From: Octopus bimaculoides
Taxonomy: Eukaryota
Direction: 5' to 3'
Assembly (NCBI RefSeq): GCF_001194135.2
Contig: NC_068983.1
Coordinates: 153,761,352 to 153,813,802 of the forward strand
Length of the DNA: 52,451 bases
Within the stretch, counting starts at the first letter, position 1. The number at the start of each line of letters is the position of its first letter. A model generated the notes under the pieces. The model did not search any database. It worked only from the letters and a program-made list of their open reading frames with translations, and was not told the DNA's origin. Shown one piece after another: positions 48,961 to 52,451 of the stretch. Both the position numbers and the translations under genes were made by a program.

Positions 48961-49525
48961 AATGTTCATAAAAATTATAAAATGCTATTTATAGATTCTC
49001 TTAAATTTTGAAAATAAAATGTATTTCAATACATACTGATTTTATAATCATTGAGTTTGTGTAAACTTATTTGAAACATCTTGCGTATGTGAGCGCATGT
49101 AGATATANNNNNNNNNNNNNNNNNNNNNNNNNNNNNNNNNNNNNNNNNNNNNNNNNNNNNNNNNNNNNNNNNNNNNNNNNNNNNNNNNNNNNNNNNNNNN
49201 NNNNNNNATATATAGATAGATATAGATATAGATATATATATACATATACATATATATGCACAAATGTGTCTCTGAGTGCGTGCGTGTGTGTATGTAGTTC
49301 GTGAGTGTGCATGTACATGTGTAGACGTGTTATGTAGTATATTTGAGTGTAAAAGTTTGATTGAAGTACACAACATGCTACACAACGTTGCTACAGCACG
49401 AAACGAACAGTAGATCATTTTGCATCCTGTGTACATTATATGATATTAATCTCTCACTGAATGGCTGGAAAGAGTACATTTTTGTTTGTTGCTCCCACCA
49501 GCAACTCAACAGTAAATTATATGAA

Positions 49526-49573
<48 letters not shown>

Positions 49574-51299
49574 TATGTGGGGGGGGGGGCTTGTGTAGGT
49601 AGGTAGGAAGTTAGGTTGATAGATAGAGAGAGACAGACAGACAGAGACAGAAACAGTGAGAGATAGAAACAGAGACAGTGAGAGGCAAAAACAGATAGAA
49701 AGATTTATTGTAAATTAATTACCATTATTTGGACGAGTTATCTTTAAACACCTTTCCTTATGAAGGTACTGTTTCTCTCAACATAATATATCGCTATGGT
49801 TGAATGGAGCAAAACTTGCTTTTTCTAGCTTTTTAACCTACTTGAATAAAGGCACTAACATTTTTTGCTACGAGCTTGTATGTAGGGCTAATGAATGTAA
49901 AACTGATTCTTTCCATGATGGCGTCTATAATATTTCTGATGCATTTTAGCCAAAATTCCTCCTACTTAAACAAAACGATTAGTAATAAATATCAATTTCT
50001 TATTTTTGTTAAGAATAATAAATTCTTCATGCCGTCCTTTCGCTTCATAACTTTGTATTTGACTGGAATATTTTTAAAATATAAGCCAACGCAATTGGTA
50101 CTGCACGAACTGAAACTTTTAGCAACTGAGTCACTAACTTTATTACTTTTGTCCTTCCTAACTACCACACATTATCTTCTGTTCTTTATTACACACAGCT
50201 ATTGTTATCCTTATGGAGAGAAACAGTCTAAACCGTTATTTTTCGGTAAGTCTCGAAGAAATATTTAACAGTAACACTTAATTTTCCTCGAGTTCATATA
50301 CGAATTTGTGAGAGACTAATGTATAACCAGAATAAATTTTCCGGTTCCTATTTCTTTCCTCCAAATAAATGACTACAAAAATCATATCAAAGAATAGCGT
50401 GCAACGAATTGACAGGGGGTCGAGCAGCCAAAGGAACACGGCTGGTGTCATAATTGGGATTTTTCTGTTTCCTTATTTTCGCTTCCAGTTTTCTCATTTT
50501 TATGTCTACCTCATTTTTGTATGATCTTTTGCGTGATATACATACATACACACACACCACACATATATATACATAGATATATATGTGTGTGCGCACTTAT
50601 ACAGACACACACACATGTGTATATATGTATATATATGGAGAAAATTCATATACTCTAACAATTATAGACACACACGGACATATATATATGTATATATGTC
50701 CGTGTGTTTCTGTGTGTATGCGGGTGTATATGTATATTAATTTTGCATAAGACTTGGAGATCTGTATTTAGAAGCAAGTTGTAGCAATAAATGTTTAAAT
50801 AACTTTTGAACAGTAAAACCACTGCACTTTGTTGTTAACGTCAATGCTTACATATAAATTGTCTATATCGAATTTCATTTGGAGTCAGACTCTGTCCTTT
50901 CATCTGTAGGCCTTTGTTGTTATATATCATTTATTATGTCTATCATTAATATATGAATATATGAACATATGTCTACTTATGCACACATCGTTCGATTTAG
51001 ACATAGATATACATGTATCGCTCTGTCTCTCTCTCACCCTATCTCTCTCTTTCACTGTCTCTCTCCATCTCTCGCTGCATATGCATATACATGTATATAT
51101 ATATATATATATAATTGAATCTTCAACGTGTTAACATGTACATCGCGACAATCTGAGCTTACATTTCATCAAGAGTAGCGTACAGTATATAATTCACTTG
51201 GATATTTACCACTTCCGAGTTTCCGCCCGCTATGAAACATATGTAGCCCGGATCTTACCTACTGCACTCCTTAGTTCTTGTACATGTTGTTGTTGTTGT

Positions 51300-51684
<385 letters not shown>

Positions 51685-52337
51685 GCAAAGGAAGCCATTC
51701 GCGTGCCGATTACAGTCCCCGATTTTTTTCGATAGACTGTTGCCATTAAATACTGGGGCGGTGAGTTTCGCATGGGGGTCCTGTTATTATGGGACCAGGT
51801 CATTAGGAATAGGTACCTGGCCTATCAGGTAACTTGGCCATTAAATATGATTCCGCGAACAATCTACTATATCACACAACTCACGTCTTTTTCTTTTCTT
51901 TCTCCTTCCTCTTCTTTTCCTTCTCTTACTTCTCTTCCTACTTCATCTTCTCCTTATTCTCCTCGTTTTTCTTCTGCTTTCTCTTCTTCTTTTTCTCCTC
52001 CCCCAGCTGCTCCGGCTTAAACCATGAATTCTCTATACTCATAAAATTATTTCTTTAGATTTGCTACTACTTGCCTACCAAGCATTCATAAAGGAAGAGA
52101 GGGGGGAATCAGAATATGTGAAGCGTATGGAAATATTTACAAAACATTTCACTTAAATTCTTTTCCTTCAATTTGATTTTCCTTGTTATTTTAATCTTAG
52201 TTGAAAAAGTTTCGAAGACGGAAACCGGTTCCTAAAATGTAGTTCATGATAAAATTATCTTTGCATTCTGTACCTTGTGTTACTTTTGTTATACATATCA
52301 ACTCGTGTGTTACATTTCTACCTTCTAAACGCACACG

Positions 52338-52371
<34 letters not shown>

Positions 52372-52451
52372 CTGTATAGGCATATTTATATATGTATATG
52401 TGTATGTATGACATATAATACATATACATATATAAACTAATTCATATATAT

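Larger units (their letters stand above)
16186..49207. other. Assembly gaps (N-runs) scattered across this span
   Basis: N-runs at 16186-16716, 27223-27568, 32510-32679, 34240-35137, 37435-37458, 41211-41388, 42218-42315, 44412-44421, 45179-45978, 46831-46840, 48252-48361, 49108-49207. Most abut (TA)n. The long X-containing ORFs are artefacts of these gaps. Confidence 0.99.

Overview
AT-rich, microsatellite-dense animal genomic DNA with 12 N-gaps. It is most likely an octopus draft assembly; this is an inference from the tRNA-SINE and LINE families I recognise, not from a database search. No intact host gene is identifiable. Nearly all listed ORFs are translations of microsatellites, N-runs or decayed transposons. 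Recognisable elements: several R4/Dong-clade RLE-LINE fragments, an RTE LINE fragment, two Penelope-like element (PLE) fragments (RT-thumb plus GIY-YIG at 46843-47840; a second lineage at 33585-34239), a TIR-bounded Tc1 with DD36(E) spacing, a TIR-bounded Chapaev3-like transposon split by a SINE with a 7-bp TSD, a TIR-bounded MITE next to (TA)n, and many tRNA-derived SINEs. Main discovery: a non-coding 368-bp repeat at 15397-16185, in tandem plus head-to-head copies with a diverged partial copy at ~19893-20113. Its unit carries a minimal type I hammerhead ribozyme with a compensatory U3-A8 core pair and a self-complementary stem III, and the rest of the unit is rich in hairpins. This fits a candidate cephalopod non-LTR retrozyme (self-cleaving, circRNA-forming, PLE-mobilised). 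A second, unrelated hammerhead-like motif lies at 26937-26976. Ribozyme activity and novelty are untested inferences.
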